From Methanomassiliicoccales archaeon PtaU1.Bin124 (lineage in GTDB: Archaea > Thermoplasmatota > Thermoplasmata > Methanomassiliicoccales > UBA472): 64,000 bases of DNA. Shown here piece by piece: positions 60,333 to 64,000 of this stretch. The notes under the pieces were generated by a model. It made no database searches and was not told the DNA's origin. It was given only the letters and a program-made list of their open reading frames with translations. The stretch is taken from positions 166,474-230,473 of the forward strand of contig MVRC01000012.1 in assembly GCA_002067865.1 (NCBI GenBank), read 5' to 3'. The first letter of the stretch is position 1. Each line of letters opens with the position of its first letter. A program made the translations under genes and the position numbers.

Positions 60333-61133
60333 TCAGCCATTATGTTGGGTTAAAGACTGCCCTTCTTCCACCATGTGCATGATGGCCGAATGCTGCAGCG
60401 CCACGATCAACGGCAGCTCGAAGACCAGCGCGGTCCGTTCGCCGTTCATCTCGTAGATCAGCAGCGACCTCCTCGCATCGACGATGATCAGCATCTCCGC
60501 GCGGTACAGGTCCTCGCTCGATTCCAGCTTGCCGGTAAAGACCTTGACATACGTTTCTGCCAACGAATCGTTGCCTAGGTGCGGTTCCACCACGGTCGCA
60601 TCTCCCAGCGCCGCCCGGAACGTCTCCGCGTCCTCCGGCACCATGCAGAACACGTCCGCCCTGGTCGCGATCTCCTTCAGTTCCTTCACCAGCGGACGGA
60701 AGGTCGATGTCCTCGTGCACACCACCATCAGGTCCTTTTTCACTTCGGAAAGGAACGTCCTCACCTGGTCCTGGATGCTCATCTCCCCCTTGATGTGCCA
60801 CACCGGGAACGACCGCTGCTTGGCCTTGAGGCTGAGCTCCTGCAGTTCCGACGAAGCGGTCCGCATCGAATCCTCCAGGTCCTCCCGCAGCAAACGCATC
60901 AAACGGTCGGGCGGCACGGCCCGGTAGTATTTCGGCTTCCCCTGCCACACCTCCACATAGCCCTTAGATTCCAGCGATTCCAGGATATCATAGACCCGTG
61001 GTCTCGGCACCCCGCACGCCTCGTGCACCTGCCTGGCCGTTCCCTCTCCCAGACCGACCAGACTCGAATACACTCTCGCCTCGTACTCGGTCATTCCTAG
61101 ACGAACCAGCTCTGGCACGGATCTATCGAACAT
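60333..61133 (-). CDS. TrmB family transcriptional regulator
   Basis: LGMTEYEARVY...VPRPRVYDILESLESKGYV...PKYYRAVPP. Confidence 0.93.
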   Translation of the reverse strand: MFDRSVPELVRLGMTEYEARVYSSLVGLGEGTARQVHEACGVPRPRVYDILESLESKGYVEVWQGKPKYYRAVPPDRLMRLLREDLEDSMRTASSELQELSLKAKQRSFPVWHIKGEMSIQDQVRTFLSEVKKDLMVVCTRTSTFRPLVKELKEIATRADVFCMVPEDAETFRAALGDATVVEPHLGNDSLAETYVKVFTGKLESSEDLYRAEMLIIVDARRSLLIYEMNGERTALVFELPLIVALQHSAIMHMVEEGQSLTQHNG

Positions 61134-61152
61134 TGTAACTATGATAGTTACA
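61134..61152. promoter_or_regulatory. Perfect 9-1-9 palindromic operator
   Basis: TGTAACTAT-G-ATAGTTACA abutting the TrmB start codon. Confidence 0.75.
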
Positions 61153-61200
61153 ACAACTACATCTAACCTCCTTCTACTGACAGCTCATCGGTGGTTCACA

Positions 61201-62352
61201 ATGAGCTCCGGAAAGGTTTGGCAGGCGTTCAAGGAGAACATGAAAGGCATGTGGCCGGCGCGCTTCATCGCGCTGGTGGTCGTCGCATCGATCATCATCT
61301 CGCTGTTCGGGCTGGCGTTCGAGAAAGGCCCGACGCAGGACATCTCGGTCGATGTGGTCAACATGGACTCGGCGACGGTCAATTCGACCGCATCCATGGT
61401 TGTGGGCGTGATGGATTCTGGGACGACTGTCAACATCATTTCCACCTACCGATCATCTGACACCAACGCTCTTCAGACCGCATTGGACGATCTCAAGTCC
61501 GGTAAGGTGGAGGCGGTCATCTTCTTCGGCCAGAACTTCACCTCCGACATTACCGCTTGGATGCTAGCGGCCAAGAACGGCACGTCGATTGCTCCCTCCA
61601 GCCTGGTGCTCTACATGGATGCTTCCAATCCCATCGCCTCCGCAGCAGTTCAAGGGGAGGTGCAGCGCAGCGTTCAGGTCGTACTGGCTTCGACGTTCAA
61701 GCTCTCCTCACCTGTTCGTGTTATGCCAAACATCGTTTACGGCGAAGGCACGGACATGAGGGACTTTATGTCACCAGCGATCGCCGGTCTGCTCATCTTC
61801 ATTCTGACGCTCATGCCAACGCTGATGTCCAGCATGAACGGCGGTACGGTCAGGGATGGCAGATACACCGCTGGCGAAAGGATATCAGCGCAGATACTCT
61901 CCTCATTAGTGGTCGGGGCGGTCCTGGCCACGACCATCCTGCTGGTTATGGCGGCTTTCGGAATTCGTATGGTTGGAGACATGTCCGTCACGTTCACTCT
62001 GCTGGCCTTGCTGGCGATGGCCAGTTCCGGCCTCGGTCTTCTCTTGGCCACTGTGACGAAGAAGGCCCCGGCGGCCACCATGGTCATCTTCCCGCTGGTG
62101 CTGTACCCTGCCATCCTGCTGGGCGGCATCATCCTGCCGATATCGTCCATCCCGGACTATCTGCTCCCCATATCCTATCTCTTCCCCCTGACCTACGCCA
62201 TCGACGGCACCAGGCTCTCGATGCTGGACGGGTTCGGGTGGGACGGTTGCTGGGTGCAGGTCCTCTCGCTGCTGGTGTATGTGGCGATATGCGTGGGCAT
62301 CGCCTGGTACTTCGAACGCCATGCAAGGTCAGAGGAGGTAGAGAAAAAATGA
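61201..62352 (+). CDS. ABC-2 type permease
   Basis: TM, extracellular VVNMD domain, then 5 TM segments; LGG..LP....P...PLTYAIDG. Confidence 0.88.
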   Translation: MSSGKVWQAFKENMKGMWPARFIALVVVASIIISLFGLAFEKGPTQDISVDVVNMDSATVNSTASMVVGVMDSGTTVNIISTYRSSDTNALQTALDDLKSGKVEAVIFFGQNFTSDITAWMLAAKNGTSIAPSSLVLYMDASNPIASAAVQGEVQRSVQVVLASTFKLSSPVRVMPNIVYGEGTDMRDFMSPAIAGLLIFILTLMPTLMSSMNGGTVRDGRYTAGERISAQILSSLVVGAVLATTILLVMAAFGIRMVGDMSVTFTLLALLAMASSGLGLLLATVTKKAPAATMVIFPLVLYPAILLGGIILPISSIPDYLLPISYLFPLTYAIDGTRLSMLDGFGWDGCWVQVLSLLVYVAICVGIAWYFERHARSEEVEKK

Positions 62353-62407
62353 TGATCGGGGGCAACGCCCCCTTTCCATCCGCACGAGGCCACTATGCGG
62401 TGTCAGG

Positions 62408-63070
62408 TCAGCTCCTCCCGCCGACCGACAGCGTTCCCTTCATCAACCATATCTCCGTGCCGTACTTGTCCAGCATCTCGCAGACCTTGTCCGCGAACCC
62501 GCCCATGTCCTTCAGGACCTCCTCGTGGTCGAGCTTCTGGACATCGCTATCCACATTAGCGACTGCGTCGACGAACTCCCTCTCCCCAAAGAGGTTGTAC
62601 GCGCTCTCCAGGAACTCCATCGTCTCCTCCGGGTTCTGCAGGAGCTCCTTGTTGTTCAGGACGATGCAGGGCATGCGCACCTCGATGCCCTTGTTGATCA
62701 CGACCGGAGAACCGACCCCGGCCAGCACGATCGCCGGGGTCTCGTCGAACGGTATGGCGTTCGTGATCGACACGTGCGCCGGGTCGTTCTTCCGCAGGAT
62801 CCCGACCACCAGGTTCCTTTCCCTCCTGCCCCACTCCGTCAAAGCCGACTCCAATTCCGCGTTCGCCTCGAAGCCAGGCACGTGGAACAGTATCGCCCCG
62901 CTCTTGCTCGGCTCCCACCTCGCCTCTTCTGCCGTCAGGCGCTTGTCCCGCATGTCATACTCTTCGCGGGACAGGCCAGACATCTCTTCCGTTTCGATCT
63001 CGATGTTTCGGGCCTCATCCTTGATGTCGCCCCATGACTCGATACCTGTATGGACCATCGTTGTTACCAT
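62408..63070 (-). CDS. Hypothetical acidic protein, possible Cys-less thioredoxin-like fold
   Basis: GGAGG RBS before ATG 63070; paralog of the adjacent gene. Confidence 0.75.
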   Translation of the reverse strand: MVTTMVHTGIESWGDIKDEARNIEIETEEMSGLSREEYDMRDKRLTAEEARWEPSKSGAILFHVPGFEANAELESALTEWGRRERNLVVGILRKNDPAHVSITNAIPFDETPAIVLAGVGSPVVINKGIEVRMPCIVLNNKELLQNPEETMEFLESAYNLFGEREFVDAVANVDSDVQKLDHEEVLKDMGGFADKVCEMLDKYGTEIWLMKGTLSVGGRS

Positions 63071-63341
63071 GTTCCTCCCTCCCTCATTGCATCGCCTCGC
63101 CGGACGGTGGTAGGAATCAATTGTCATCCCATCCCCCCTACGGATGTCCTCGAAACACCACGGGTGTTCGATTTCATCCCCCCGCTGATAAACCTTTGGC
63201 AGGGCAGAAATAATTGAGCTGGAACTTTAAAAAAGCAGAAATTTTCAGGGGGCCGCTGGGGTCAAAAACAAGGCATATTATGGAAAAGCGAGGGGACCCT
63301 CCCCTCAAACAATGCCAGCGAGGCGAGCGTTCCTTTCTTTC

Positions 63342-64000
63342 TTATGTTCCACCCCTCCTGTTCACCCTGATCGTCCCCGTCACCAGGCCGATGTTCAATT
63401 TTGTGCTCGTCCAAGAGGTCGCAGACCATGGTGGCGAACCCGCCCATGCCGGACAGCGTCACGTCATGGTCCAAGCGGTTCTCCTCCTCGCCGACCTTTC
63501 CTACCGCCTCCACGAACTCCCTCTCTACGAAGAGGTCATAGATGCTCTCCAGCGCCTCCATCGTTCTCTCTGTGTTCGCCAGCATCTCCTTGTCGTCCAG
63601 CACCACGAACGGCATCCTCACATGGATCCCCTTGTCGACGACATCTGACGACTCCACCCCCGCGATGACGATAGCCGGGGACCTCTCTACCGAGAACGCG
63701 CCCATGACCGAATGGTATGCCGCGTCATCCCTCCTCAGATGCCCCACCGCCAGGTTCATGTCCCGCTGCGCGCCCCACGCTTCCAGTTCAGTCTCAAGCT
63801 CGGGGTAGTTGGCCAGTCCGGGAGTGAAGAACAGCAATGCACCAGACTTGCTCGGGCTCCACGAGATCCTCATTCCCTTGGCCGCAGCCCTGGTCCGCGC
63901 ATCGATGAACGCAGCCTCTCCTCTGACTCTTCGATCTCCAAGTTGCGGGCTTCATTTTTGATGTCGCCCCAGGTTTCGATGTATCTTCTTTGCTCTGTCA
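63342..64000 (-). pseudogene. Tandem paralog with two frameshifts, start at or just beyond the window edge
   Basis: IETWGDIKNEARNLEIE and IGLVTGTIRV blocks match the paralog but lie in frames different from the central ORF. Confidence 0.7.

Overview
Archaeal chromosomal segment, about 60% GC by eye. TATA/BRE promoters, leaderless genes, GGAGGTGA-type RBSs, TrmB, DUF2769 and Ig/FN3 surface proteins are most consistent with a Thermoplasmata lineage such as Methanomassiliicoccales (inference). In order it holds: the 5' part of a structured RNA at the left edge; a receptor-less cheY-cheA-cheC-cheC cluster between a degenerate multi-PAS kinase and a pilin-like surface protein; a candidate sRNA with two identical CUCCAAC loops plus a 19-aa micro-ORF next to acs; an ABC exporter; a metal/ion/redox cluster; a TRAFAC GTPase translationally coupled to a GAP1-N/DENN-like partner; a MoxR-DUF58 operon whose transglutaminase has lost its whole catalytic triad; a clostripain surface protease; a Vps62-like gene coupled to an FtsX-like permease; a roughly 11.5 kb AT-rich glycosylation island whose right border lies inside a GT2 gene; TrmB with a perfect palindromic operator; and a tandem paralog pair with one copy doubly frameshifted. 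I saw no tRNA, rRNA, CRISPR array, transposase or integrase. All family calls come from manual motif reading, not database searches.
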